The notes beneath the pieces were generated by a model. That model searched no databases. It worked only from the letters and a program-made list of their open reading frames with translations, and was not told the DNA's origin. A program made the translations under genes and the position numbers. DNA of 63,991 bases, counting the filler, from Dimargaris cristalligena (lineage: Eukaryota), in the NCBI GenBank assembly GCA_003614675.1. It is 8 parts of 8 records of this genome, joined end to end, with 100 filler letters (N's around TTAATTAATTAA, not from the genome) between each part and the next. Parts side by side here need not be neighbours in the genome. Positions count along the whole stretch, not along the records: positions 8,150 to 16,143 come from ML003366.1; positions 16,244 to 24,209 come from ML003367.1; 6 more parts are not named here. One strand, 5' to 3'. Positions 12,014-24,309 of the stretch are shown piece after piece. Every line of letters starts with the position of its first letter. Position 1 is the first letter of the stretch.

Positions 12014-12353
12014 ATCCGAATGGAGATATAAGAGTGACTGAAGGGAGGTGATCCTTCGACTAGTGAATTCCCACACTTATTGATGGAGCTGGGCGATGAT
12101 GGCACCTGGTTTCCAAAGACGGGAATACTTTAATCCCATTGATTATTAAGCGCGAATTTTCGCATTTTCGTAGATGATAATGGTGAAGAGAGTACAGAGA
12201 TACAGGAAAGAAACCAGTTTATTTAAAATAATCAAGCTATTTATTAGTCATAAATACCACGAAATGGCAAAACACTGGGGATAAAGACTGTCGCGGCTGC
12301 CATTATAAAGACGGCACATTATGTATTAAGCGATAGGTGCCCTAGTCCAACCA

Positions 12354-13382
12354 TTATGGGAGCAATTTCAGCATGTTGAGCCGCTCCTCCGCCGAAATCT
12401 CAACGTCCTCGCCGGAAATACCAAACCCGCCGTCTCCATTAATGTCCGACTGGTCACCCTCCAAGTGCACTTGAGTTATCAAGGGTGGATGCATAGCCAG
12501 ACTTTTAAGTATTCGCTTGCGAATCAAATCACCGATTAACAGGTCGAAGGGAAGGTCAGGCATAGCCAGTAGTCGGAGCAGCATGCGCGCCCCTAGTTTT
12601 GACACCGCGTAGGCATGGGTGCATGGCGGCGAACTAGAGTGGTAAAGTCCCGCGTTAGCGCTGACCGCATTAGCCGGGCTACCTTGGCCTTCACCACAGT
12701 GACCCAAGTAGAATATATCCCAAGGTCGGCTTCCAACAGCTGCCCGGGCTTGCGTCCATTTAGCGACCAGGTCAAACTCGAAATCGATATCATCTTCGAG
12801 AATAAGGGCAGTTTCAATGGCCGGATTATCCGCGATGGCCCGGTATACCCGCATGTGGCTGTCCCAGCAGGCCAGGTGGCTGCTGGCCATACGCATGGAT
12901 AAAGGGGCTAGGGTCGACCGGTCAAAGGTGTTCTTATCAGTGGCGGGGAAGACGGTCATGTTCAAACGAATGAAGTCGGCAATTTGCTGCATGCGGGCCA
13001 AGTGGTCGGGCCGACGCTCCAAGTTGATAAGGAACACCTGGTCAAACCCTAGTCGGGTGCGAGGAGTCGGCGAAACGCCAAGAGTGTTGGTGTAACCATC
13101 CGGACTGGTCTTGGTACTGTTGCCAAGATATGTGACCAGAGGGGGTCGGTGGATGGTGTGTGATAGTGAGCGAATGATATGGTGAGGGGCATTATAGAGG
13201 CGATGGACCAAAACCATGTTAGCAATGAGGGAGATAGTTGCAATAAATAAGAGATTCCATAGTATTATGCATCGAAATTTAGTTGTTTGGGCAAGATTGG
13301 TAGGATTCGGCGAGTCCAGGTGGGCGGGGTTATGTATCAAGGGCTGGTAGTCCTTGGGCGAGGAGTCAAAGCTGGTGGACAT
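12354..13382 (-). CDS. Glycosyltransferase family 25, copy 2
   Basis: Same GT25 motifs (VFLINLERRPDHL, CWDSHMRVY, ALILEDD, CTHAYAVS). Likely ATG at 13382 (MSTSFDSSPKDYQPL) aligns with the N-terminus of copy 1. Confidence 0.9.
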   Translation of the reverse strand: MSTSFDSSPKDYQPLIHNPAHLDSPNPTNLAQTTKFRCIILWNLLFIATISLIANMVLVHRLYNAPHHIIRSLSHTIHRPPLVTYLGNSTKTSPDGYTNTLGVSPTPRTRLGFDQVFLINLERRPDHLARMQQIADFIRLNMTVFPATDKNTFDRSTLAPLSMRMASSHLACWDSHMRVYRAIADNPAIETALILEDDIDFEFDLVAKWTQARAAVGSRPWDIFYLGHCGEGQGSPANAVSANAGLYHSSSPPCTHAYAVSKLGARMLLRLLAMPDLPFDLLIGDLIRKRILKSLAMHPPLITQVHLEGDQSDINGDGGFGISGEDVEISAEERLNMLKLLP

Positions 13383-14484
13383 GGCTTCAAGCCAAAGTAG
13401 CAAGTGTTGAAATACTAGGATAGATACAGGGCTGACCACCAGTAAATGTGGATAGGCACTGCACACTCTAGATTTAGCACCAGGGCCAGACGGTTTGTAG
13501 TTTAGAGGGGTGGTTTTAGAGCTAGGGTATGGCCGAGCGGATCCGGAAAAGTGGAGTTGGCCACCTGAACATAGCCTACGGACAAAGGTGGCTTGTTATT
13601 GATAATTATAGATAAATGGGGCTTATAGAAAAGCAGCAAGAATGGGGCATGTCAAGGTGGCCACTGGGGTGTTGTTGAGTATATATAGGCGTATAAATAT
13701 AGGTGAGCTGTTAGTAATTATCTACGTTTTTCAAATATAGTCGGCCTACGCATGGGTCTATTCATCCATTCCCCCACTTTCCGGTATATACACACCACTA
13801 GGAAGGTGGTTACTTAAAGAGTTACACTGTTTATCAAATAATGGAAAGGGTTGGTCCATTGAAGCAGTGGTGGCCCCTGTAGCGCTGAACATCACACAGT
13901 GGGTCCAGCCTCCTCTCTTCCTCCTGGGACGGTGTAAATAGTCGAATGCTTTCCCTCTAGTATGACCCCTGAATCGACTGAATACTGTCAATCTCAAACA
14001 GGGACAACTACTAGAGCCGCGCCATGTGCCTCCCACTCTGCCGAAACAACAATGTAAGATACTCGCGTACTAGTCTGCGGAATCTACATGGCTAAAGGGC
14101 CATTTGGTCCAAATATAGTAACCATCGAGCATGCTACAGCTTCTCTTTAATTACTACAAACCAAAGGCATATATTTCTTTGAGTCTTTACTACATAGCTG
14201 CACCATTTAATACCACATTTGGTTGACTTTCTGTTCCATATATATATTGGCGACTCATTCTCTAAAGTAATGGGTGAGAAGCCCATACAACTCGCGATGG
14301 TGCATCAAATAGGGAACATACCGGTTTCTTCACACCTAACTCTTGTAACCAATGCATTCGTGATGTAGAGGCCCAATGGGGTCGGTAGCTCCCGAATCAC
14401 ATCGGTAGAGGGTACCAGCCTCCCCAGAGATGAAAAAAAAAACAGCAGAAAGGGGATGAAGCCAGAAGCAAAATCGTCTTTGTG

Positions 14485-14539
14485 GGGAGGGGGGTCACGC
14501 AGAGCCCAACTTTTAATGAGTGACTAACTTGATTTTCCA
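14485..14539 (+). repeat. 55-bp repeat, inverted partner of 8150-8204
   Basis: GGGAGGGGGGTCACGCAGAGCCCAACTTTTAATGAGTGACTAACTTGATTTTCCA. Confidence 0.9.
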
Positions 14540-15598
14540 ACTGACTATACTCGCTCATAGACTAAGCTATTCGCTATTCTATGAATACCACCAGTCCCAC
14601 TTGAAGAGGTACAGCCATTGTTTCAAGTTCGGCGGCTCTTTTCTTGGATTCTAGTTTTAGCAGATCTATTGCATTGGTAAAAATGCCGCTGGGGGTCCTT
14701 TGAATCACCAACGGATATTCCGCACAGTAAGAACACAGTATTGGCTAGGGTTGTCCATCGGCAAGCAGGCGGCTTCAATGTGCGGGTAACGGTCAATTTC
14801 TGCAGTAGTATACGCTTGAAATTTATTGACTGAACATCAAATTATTCTCATTAATCCATACACATTAGTTAGTTTTAGTATGGTATAGAGTGTACGGCAT
14901 TTAGGTACCTTTGGATTTTATGGTAAATTATTTTCACCCTGTCCATTCGGGTACAGCCTCATGGTAAATATATAAACAGCGAACGTTTGGAGTTGGTAGC
15001 GGGTAGGTGCAAGAAATAAAGAAAAAACGCCAATGAAATATAAAGGCAAACTATTGAACTTTGAGTCCAAGAAAATTATACTCACTCAATGCCTCCCTAA
15101 ATATTGGTGTTCCAAATGGAAAGCAAGGTTTAGGGTATTGTGACCAGGAGCCCCTTGGGAGTCGACGGGTTTTGTTACTACAGGCGTATAAGTCGAAGGA
15201 GGTGGGCATATATCACAGGCAAATGGGTTGGTGAAGTAGGGGGTAAAAAATAGCGTGTCAGCGATACAAAGGTGGGGGACGAGGTTCATGAAAAAACCCT
15301 ACAGTTGATGGTACAGCTGTCTGGACATACATGCACATTGCCAGAGTCGCCAGGGTGGAATTTACCTTTTAAAAATATAAGGATAAGGGGTCCAGTGGTA
15401 TTGGTTATAGTGTGCATAAGACCGCCCTTTGATAAAGAAGTACGAGGTTTGGAGTCCTATACACATGGTACATATAATTCGGTAAATTGGCACCAATTTT
15501 GGGGTCAACAGGTATAACTATGTCCGGATTTATAATGTGATTAGGACAAGCGTAACCCTCACTCCTACCTAGAACTCCTATTACATTCATGGCGAGCG

Positions 15599-16143
15599 TT
15601 ATTGCCTTGCCTTCAGTTTCATCTTATACATCATCTCCTCACTCGACTGTTTCACTTCCTGTCCAGCGGGCCCGAAGTGTCCATCGGAATTGATTTCCGA
15701 CTTATCCTCGCTAAAATGGACCTGTCCAATAAGTGATGGCCGAATCGTATAGGTTTCGATCTCATGTCGCTTTTCAAAGTGCATGATCATAAGGTCAATC
15801 GGTGCCTTGGGTGGGGTAAGCATTTTTAGCATCTTCCGCACACCCTGTTTGGATACGGCATAGCCGTGGGTACAGGCGGAAGTGTCACCGTGGTAAAGGT
15901 TGGCTTTGAGGTCCACGGCGAAACGTAACTCGCCTACACTATCTCCGCAGTGACCCAGGTAAAAGGCGTCCCAGGGCCGGTCCCCGATAGCAGCCCGGGC
16001 CCGGGCCACCTTGGCCTCAATGTTCCAGTCAAAGTCAATGTCGTCCTCCAGGATTAAAGCGGTCTCGATGGCGGGATTGTCAACCACTTCCTGGTACACG
16101 CGCATGTGGCTGTCCCAACAGGCCAAGTGACTGTCGCCCATGT
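15599..16143 (-). CDS. Glycosyltransferase family 25, copy 3 (3' half; truncated at contig end)
   Basis: MGDSHLACWDSHMRVYQEVVDNPAIETALILEDDIDF is nearly identical to copy 1. Confidence 0.9.
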
Positions 16144-16243
16144 NNNNNNNNNNNNNNNNNNNNNNNNNNNNNNNNNNNNNNNNNNNNTTAATTAATTAAN
16201 NNNNNNNNNNNNNNNNNNNNNNNNNNNNNNNNNNNNNNNNNNN
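16144..16243. other. Artificial contig spacer
   Basis: 100-nt N block with TTAATTAATTAA. Confidence 0.99.
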
Positions 16244-17333
16244 GCCACGCCCGTCTAGTCCCAATGCAATCCCTTCCGCTGGAAATACGAGTCTCCGAAT
16301 GCATCGTTTCCCTTCGAATCGTTCCAATGAAATAGAGACCAAGGAGGACCCTGATAAAGGATAAAAGGAGGTAGGCCGATCATAGGTCCAAGAGGCAACC
16401 CATGGGTCAGTAAATCATCCTGGATTATTGGGTATCCACCCCGCTGAATACCGAACACAAGCCCAATGAACCGATACAGCAACGGGGGCTAGCGGTTTGC
16501 TGGGCGCATACCGGGTGGGTCTTGGTGAAGCCCTCTGCCGCGTGCTACGATTTTCCGGTTTAAAACATAGGTTGAGAAGTTGAACAGCGTCTTTATGTGG
16601 ATTGTTGAGCGACCGCGAGTCTAATCCGGTAATGGATAACCACGCTTTGTTTCCGATTACCCTCCTCCTACTCCCCAACTGCTGCCTACATCGTCAAATT
16701 GACCATCCCTGTAATCCCAAGATGGGGGAAAGGGAGAAGAGGAGAGGGGAGGGTAGGTAAATACAAACAAAGCAATTCCTTTCTTAATGTGATCAACAAG
16801 GGTTTCCTTGTTAACCCTGGGCGACTTTAGTTAAATCAATGGCACTAATCGAGATTACCAGCCCAACTCATTGTGAAAAGTAAAACCAATAATCACATTG
16901 ATACCAAGGCTGGCTGTGAATGCCTAACGTGGGCAATGCCACTACTGCCAGAGACACTGCACCAGCTAGTGGTTCATTGAAACTGCTGTCTTAATTGCAG
17001 CGAGATCTTTGATAGAAGGGGGGCATGGAAGAACCCAACTCTTGGCGATGGCTTAGTTCGATAATCGAGAAATCAAGCGACGACTTTGAATTCGAGTCCA
17101 TCCAGTAATTTTATATAAATACCACCCTCTTCTACCCCATCAACTGCATATCATCAACCACATCAACCACATCATCCCCTACCAATGCCATTATCATATT
17201 CCTTTTCGCATACTTCTGCCTGCTTCTCCACTATCGTCTACGCAGTATCCAAATAACTGCTATCCCCGCACCCACCAGCACTATAACCGCCCTCCCCTCT
17301 CACCCACGCAACCACTCTCCCAGTCGCATCAGC

Positions 17334-17809
17334 ATGCGTTTCACTATTTTCACCCTCGCTATGCTGGCCACTATTGCCTCGGCTCTCGCCCACTCACTTG
17401 ATAGCCATGGCCACTGCTATTCCCCCAGCCAGCATCTTATGCATCGTGCATCCCAAAGTAGCAAACCGGTCGTGCAGAAAAAGGTTGCTGAAGCACATGG
17501 GAGGAGTTCATCTAAGCTGTATAACGAAAACTCTATTAGATTCGGCCAATATTACTAGTTAAAAATAAAATTCCCATATATTCTCCCATACACATATAAT
17601 GAAAATCCTTATATAGTTGGGCTGGATTTCACCCACATGCTACTCTTATAGCAAAGGGTAGTGAACCGGCTGCAGCAAAGTCCCGACTACCCGACGCCGA
17701 TGTCCCCTCCATTCCCAACAAGGAATTCTTCCTGAGAACCAGGCAAAAAGTGTGTAACAAACTTAGTGGCACGGCTAAGCCCATAACGAAATTGATAGAT
17801 AGTAAGTAG
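17334..17809 (+). pseudogene. Small secreted-protein gene interrupted by a MITE
   Basis: Signal peptide MRFTIFTLAMLATIASALA and upstream TATATAAA near 17112. Removing the MITE plus one ACAT restores an open frame (...AEAH|ATLIAKGSEPAAAK...KLIDSK*) ending at 17809. Confidence 0.7.
17499..17634 (+). mobile_element. 136-bp MITE family, copy B
   Basis: GGG...CCC termini, imperfect ~25-bp TIRs, perfect TSD ACAT (17495-17498 and 17635-17638). Confidence 0.88.
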
Positions 17810-19094
17810 TGCCATTAGAGCTGGCCAACCCCATCGGGCCTCACCTGGTCAGGTGAATCTATTATTGACCTACTCTGTACTACACACAAGTCTGACACCA
17901 ACCACTGGCGACATTCTATTCTATTTTCTCCATCTCCTGGTCTCGTTTATCAATCACGCTGACTAAACTCCACATCAATCCCTATACCATCTGATTTGGC
18001 ATTCTTCATGCGATGATTCAATAAATTATGCATTCTTGACTATGGTCGACCATTTATTAGTCAGCCCAAACATGGTTTTAGTTTGGATTGTACCCAGGTC
18101 TGCTTTAGTATCCACAGATGAGTGCTTTACTTTAGTAGGGACGGGCCTAGCGTGCTTAGTTCTAGGGCCCTGGTCTGTGCCATGATGGTTCGGGATTGGT
18201 TTCTTGTAAAAGTGAATTTGCAATCATTTAGCAAAAATCGTGACTTGCGAAATTTATAATGTGCTGGATACCTTATTTAACGAAGTAGTTCAAAGAAAAA
18301 TGCGCATAGCTGGTACAGGTCACGGCTTTTATCTTATTAGTAAGAAAAATGCAAGATAGTATATTGGATTGCATTTTTATTAAACAAGGTGTGGTGAATA
18401 AAATATCGGTGACTGCCCTTAACAACCCAATTCAAAGTAAATGTAGATAATAAGTGATGTATCAGTAAATATCCTACCCAAATATTTGTCAATGAGCTAT
18501 TTTATCCCAAGCACACACCATTACTTATTTACGCTACGCTAAACGACGACCTTTAAGTAGCCAATATATTTTAGATCAATTCCTCTTCAGACTGTCCAAA
18601 CTTCTCCATACGGTTCTATTTTTTTTTAGTACTTGTCGTTAAACTTCAGATTCCATATCTGGTATATCCCCATCAGGAGTTTTCATGGTTAATTCCAACA
18701 TAACAGCCGACAATGCGGTCTATAGAATGCCTGAATGTGCGAAGATGGTGTGGGATTATAGCCGGATATAGGAATGGACGACAGCATCACCGATCCATCA
18801 CCGTGCCAAATCACCTGGGGAGAAGACATTGCGACCAGTTATGTAGCTTCGGGATAAATGTTAAACGAGCCGACAATACCCTGACTAGGTATTGGCTATC
18901 GGGGCTGATGGATTGTAAGCAACAAATTCCTCGACCGATGCCACTCGGAAATCATCTTTTTGTTTTTACTCCTATTTCTATAAATAATAAAAGCCCAATC
19001 CCATCATGGCCATGGATGTGATTCCTTTTACCACAGCAAGTGAGCATCGCGTATTATTATTTCACCTGTCATTTTGCTTCTATCTATACTGGGG

Positions 19095-19165
19095 CCAATC
19101 TAATTTCAGGCTAGCTGTGATTGGTCACATGACCTGATTGGTGAAATATGCGGTGCATTCCCAAT
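19095..19165 (+). promoter_or_regulatory. Cluster of four CCAAT boxes around an E-box-like near-palindrome upstream of SDH4
   Basis: CCAAT at 19095 and 19161, ATTGG at 19120 and 19137, with GGTCACATGACC between; about 350-420 bp upstream of the SDH4 ATG. Confidence 0.45.
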
Positions 19166-19513
19166 TTGGCAGACCCCAATGTGCGTGGAAGTCGGGGAGG
19201 AAAGATATTTCCCCATCTCTGAAACTTGGTGGGAAACCTTCGGTGTGGGGGGCAAGATGGGAGGGGAGGAAGGTAGGTGTTTAGTGACAGATAAGCCCTG
19301 CGTGCTATCTAAGCCAGTCTATTCAAACGCAGTCTCATTGATCCCCCCATTCATCGCCTCTTTTGTGTTTAGGTGCTAAACCGTGGTTAGCATTCCCAGT
19401 GGTTTCTTTCAAGTAGCTGTTTGCTTATCTATCGGTTGATTACCGACCCCTCTTTGTCTTGCGCCCATTCACTTCTTTCTATATCCAGCCCATCTCTATT
19501 TACTTTCTTCAAC

Positions 19514-20425
19514 ATGGCTCTGCGCTTATTGAATCCTACCCGCACCGCCACTGCGCTGGCTCAGCTCTCCCGGGCCCCCCTTGGTGTCCGATCCACCTCC
19601 CTGCGGTCCCCCTTGGCTCTGGCCCGCTTCCCGACCACTCCCTTCAGTCCCGTCTCCAAATCAACCACCCTGGCCGCTTTCCATTCGGGTAAGTCAATTT
19701 ACTCTACCCTCCTTCTGCATCGAACCCAGGTCTAATTTCATACATAATAATTTTACTCAACTCTCAACTATGGATTACTATCATACTCCCGGCTCCGACT
19801 CTTCTTTAGCTTCTATTCGTGCTTTCCAGGCTACCCCTGCTGCTAACGGTGCTCTCCCCGAAAGTAAGTGTTTTGTTTCTTGAATCGCTGAACTCCAATG
19901 GGCCACCATCCCATGTATAACGGGGTTATAGCCCTAGATTATCATTGCACCTATCTATTCCCTCTCCACCCACTCTCTTTCTCTAATCACGCATACGCTA
20001 TTTTCATTGGTCCAATGTTCACGTCACCACTGGCTGATATTAACAATTGACATCCCTGCCGATGCTGCTGTCCTTTTTGCTAAGCCGTTCCTATTCATGA
20101 GCCCAACCATATGGAAGGTTCCTACCACTGGGATTTTGAGCGTGCTCTGTCCATCGCCTTGGTCCCCATCATCAGTGCCCAGGCCATCTACGGGGCTCAC
20201 CCCATTACCGACTTGTTGGTCGGTGTCGTGCTGCCCCTCCATTGCCACGTGGGTTGGGATGCCATGGTGACCGACTATGTGCACAAGCGCAAGTACCCTA
20301 AACTGAGCCCCCTCTGCTCCTGGAGTCTCCGTGTCTTTACCGTGCTTACCCTCGTGGGCTGCTATCAGTTCAACACGAATGACATTGGTCTGACGGAATT
20401 GATCAAGCGTACCTGGAAGGCCTAA
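19514..20425 (+). CDS. SDH4: Succinate dehydrogenase cytochrome b small subunit (CybS); exons 19514-19688, 19810-19863, 20085-20425
   Basis: Arg/Ser/Leu-rich mitochondrial presequence; GSYHWDFER, LHCHVGW..VTDY and TNDIGLTELIKRTW CybS motifs; GT-AG introns in matching phase. Confidence 0.93.
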
Positions 20426-21299
20426 AGGGTAGAAATCGGTGAACTTCCAAACCATTTCGTTCACTAGTCTGATTGTCCCTTTTCCACTATTTATCCTTTC
20501 AAATATATATATATACGTATAGTATTCCCATGTTTGGGCTGGTTCTGGCAGTATTAGAGCCAGCGATCAAAATTAGGGAGTAGTCCTGGCACACTCGCAT
20601 ATGTGTGGATGTTATTAACTTTTATATGAACCGCGCCAATTGGTGTTGCCTTAAATGACTTTTCCGTGGCGAAGTGGCTCGAATCTGTGTGGGGGGGGGG
20701 GGTTAGCCCCGTCACATTTGAACCCAATGTTCGGCTTAGATATCTTCACATTCCCTCACACTTCAATAAACCGCAACTGTATCAAAAAATTAGGGCTATA
20801 TGTTTACAACGTCGTTTTCTATTTCCGATAATTTCATAAGCTAAATCAGCAAAGATCTGGTCGGAATTGTGCCCCATATCTAAATTGGACAATGGTAGGC
20901 CAGCTAGTTGTGGTTGGTTGGTAACACGTGACCATGAAATACACCTAAATGACGGGGAGAGTTCGAATCAAGAAAAAAATAGGGAAAAGTGTCCCTCTCT
21001 CTGAAATATCCGTGTGCCTTCTACTTCTTGGTGTGCCTGTCGGGCGTGAATTCGGTCATGCGCAAAAAAGAGAGCGTTTCATTCTTGCCCATTAGAGGCC
21101 CTGGAATCTTTTCCGTTAGTTTAACTTCCCTGCAGTCCGACTTATATATATATATTTACTGTTTGCCCATAACCCATTCGATATATATATTTGGCTTTGT
21201 TACTGACAGAACAGTTCATTCGCATTCCTATTGTTGTGGTCAATTCGCCCGCATCTTCACTACCGCCGCCCTCGTATATTCATTGTTACCCATTTCACC

Positions 21300-23396
21300 A
21301 TGTCAAGCAATTGGAAGAAACTGCAAAAGGTAGGTCTCGTTTGATTGTATTCAAAGCTACCCTCGGCTATTAGTGTCTGGCGTGCTGGCCCAGCAACCCC
21401 GGTGAACAACCGCAATACCATTAACCGCGAAGCTTTTCTTTTAAAGGCTTTGTACCAGCGAATAATGAATTAAATTATATTTTAAAATCAATAATGCGGT
21501 GCCATATAATCCAACCCACACCAGACGCTGGCTACGAAGGCAGCCCAGCCGGATTCGGCCAAGACCCGGGAACGCAAACCCCGCAAGCCCAGTCAGCTGG
21601 CCAAGACAAACGACCGGTAAGCACTAAAATTATATTTTCACTGAACTACCATGTAGTTACACTCACTGTAGTGGTTTATATGGTTTGGGTTATATATGTA
21701 GCTGGGGTATTCGACAACGATCCACATTAACCGCTATTAACATTTGACAATCCCGCCCTCGCCGTTGTTTACTAACCTAATTATGGGTGTTACTATATAT
21801 AAAAAAATAACCACACGTCTTAAATCGTTGTCCATTTGGTAGACCGGTGGCCCCATTCAAACGTAATGTTGCCGCGGCTGGCTTTGACCGTTCCGCCGAA
21901 ACCATTACGCCCACAAAACTGGTGGAAAGAAAGATCACCAAGCAAGACCGCCAAATCAACCAAGACAAAGTAAAGGAAGAACTCGTGTCCACCCGGAAAG
22001 CCCACCAGTCGGTCGTTCGGAGTCTCGGGGCTATTCCCGACGAAACCCTCCGGGACGAGCTAACCTCGCAGGCCTCCATTGCCCTGGCTATTTTGAAGAA
22101 ACAGGCCACTACTCTGGGCCACATCCCGACCACCGACTATTCCACTTCTGATGACGAGATTGAGATCATTCGGTCCCATACCCATAACTTGGGCAATGGC
22201 CCCCGGGGGGGAGCAGGGGCGAGCCGGCGAACGGCCACGGCCGAAGATGTCAAATTGATGACGACGGCTACGGTGGTGACCGACGAGACCCCGCAGGCCG
22301 CCAGTTCAGCTAAAAAGGTCAAAGGCCGCGGTCCCCCCCGCGCGGACACTCTGTTGCCATCCCAGACGGCGGCAGCGAATTCGAATGAAGAATTGAGCAC
22401 TACGCAGCTTCACATTGGGTTGCACTTCTCGGAACTGAATAAACAGGCTGAAATGGTGGTCACGGATGCCCGGAAATCCAAGTAAGTTGAGTTTTCCACT
22501 ATCCTCGTTTATAAATTATTACCCACTTTATGGCGAGCCAAGTTTCATCGATTACCCAGACCGACTCTATCGGTATCCCCGTCTTTTGTCACTGTAAACT
22601 AACCCTATCGACCTTTTTTACGCATATCCTTACACTTCCCTCCCCATCCTTTTTGTTGGAATCGATTAATTTGGAATCTCAGACCCGGCAAATTCCTGGC
22701 CATGGACTGCGAAATGGTGGGCGTTGGCCCGGATGGTTCCGAATCCGCTTTGGGCCGTATCAGCCTGGTCAATTTCTTCGGCCACACCATCTACGACCGC
22801 TACGTACGACCCATCGAGTCCGTAACCGACTATCGGACGGAAGTAAGCGGTATCACGCCCGAATTGCTCGAAGACGCGCCGGACTTTGCCTCGGTTCAGC
22901 GGGAGGTCGCGAGTTTACTCAAGAGTCGGGTCGTGGTGGGTCATGACCTAGACAATGATTTCAAGGTGCTCATGTTCGGTCATCCCCAGGAATCGCGGCG
23001 GGATACGTCGAAATACCCCCCGCTGGTGAAATTAGGCGAAGGGAAACGGCCGTCTCTGAAACAGCTGGCCGCCACACTGCTCAATCTTAAAATCCAAACC
23101 AAGGCACACTCTTCGGTAAGTTTTGTCCCTTCCCTTCTGAACCACTGGATCGATTTACTATTATTATCATTTTTTTCTTACATACCAAATGGCCCTTGAA
23201 TTTGGGAATTCCATTATTAATCACACATTACCTTAAATTTTGCATTCCACATTTGCATATTTTGTTTTACACTTTGTAGGTACAAGATGCCCAAGTGGCC
23301 ATGCTTCTTTACCGTAAATTTAAGGTCAAATGGGACAGTGTCTTGTTAAGAAAGAACAAGCCCGGTACGGAGAACAAGAGCCAAGTGAAGGTTTAA
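21300..23396 (+). CDS. REX4: RNA exonuclease 4 (DEDDh); exons 21300-21329, 21525-21616, 21843-22481, 22683-23115, 23280-23396
   Basis: N-terminal MSSNWKKLQK; AMDCEMVGVG, VTDYRTEVSGI, VVGHDLDNDF, RDTSKY, HSSVQDA; phase-consistent introns. Confidence 0.92.
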
Positions 23397-24136
23397 TTAG
23401 GATAGGAGGGGTGCCTGGAGCGAGGGAGTAGGGTTTGTCTTGGACATTCACTTGGACACCGTTTTTCCGGCTTTTGGTACTCATACCAGCCGTAGACTGG
23501 ACTACACGTTATTATGAACCTAATTAAAGAAATTCTAACACCACGGGAAGCCCATTGATTCAATTAGATACCCTTTTAAGGAGGATAATGCCCGATCGGA
23601 TGTAATGATTTGATCTCCAGTTTTTTGGGAGACCGGGTATCTCTGTCTATAGTAAACATAACAGAGCGCACTGGGCGGGCCATAGCCTGGTTGGAAACCC
23701 GCACTAGTTTGACTTGGTCCCGCTCGCAGATGTACAATTTTAATATAATGTGCGAGGGGCACTTTTATCAGAATTTATCAGGCCGTGTCTTCTGAATTCA
23801 GCCTGGGAGGACTTCCGCCACCCTTTGAGTCTATCTTATACGGTTCCAGGTTCAATCATTTGTGAGTTTCCTGCCCAAAACGTCTGAAACCTTCCCCAAA
23901 CGATAGAACCTAGTAATGGCGTGCGGGAGGTTACTAGGTCATTGCCGAATAAGTCGTGATAGGAGGAAGTCCGTGGTGATATAAGAAGGGAGGGAAGAAG
24001 CTAGTCGAAGGCTTCGTGGTTATAATGGGCTCACCACACGGTCTTCCGATTATAATAGAAGGTCGAGGAACTAATAATGTGAGAGGAACTCCATCACCAC
24101 CTAAGCATTGGGCTGCGCTACTAGCAAAGGCGCAGT

Positions 24137-24152
24137 GGGGGGGGGGGAAAGG

Positions 24153-24208
<56 letters not shown>
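24137..24208. repeat. G11 run followed by a C53 homopolymer at the contig end
   Basis: Directly visible; abuts the spacer, so the length is unreliable. Confidence 0.85.
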
Positions 24209-24209
24209 A

Positions 24210-24309
24210 NNNNNNNNNNNNNNNNNNNNNNNNNNNNNNNNNNNNNNNNNNNNTTAATTAATTAANNNNNNNNNNNNNNNNNNNNNNNNNNNNNNNNNNN
24301 NNNNNNNNN
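24210..24309. other. Artificial contig spacer
   Basis: 100-nt N block with TTAATTAATTAA. Confidence 0.99.

Noticed and set aside
1..16143. NRPS plus glycosyltransferases as one biosynthetic cluster
   Set aside because: They lie on different contigs separated by a spacer, and the NRPS's downstream neighbours are housekeeping genes
20950..20975. GTTCGAATC B-box/T-loop-like motif
   Set aside because: No T-stem, acceptor stem or cloverleaf could be built around it
24016..24261. Poly-proline ORF / G11-C53 hairpin
   Set aside because: Arises from a homopolymer at the contig end running into Ns; probably an assembly-edge effect
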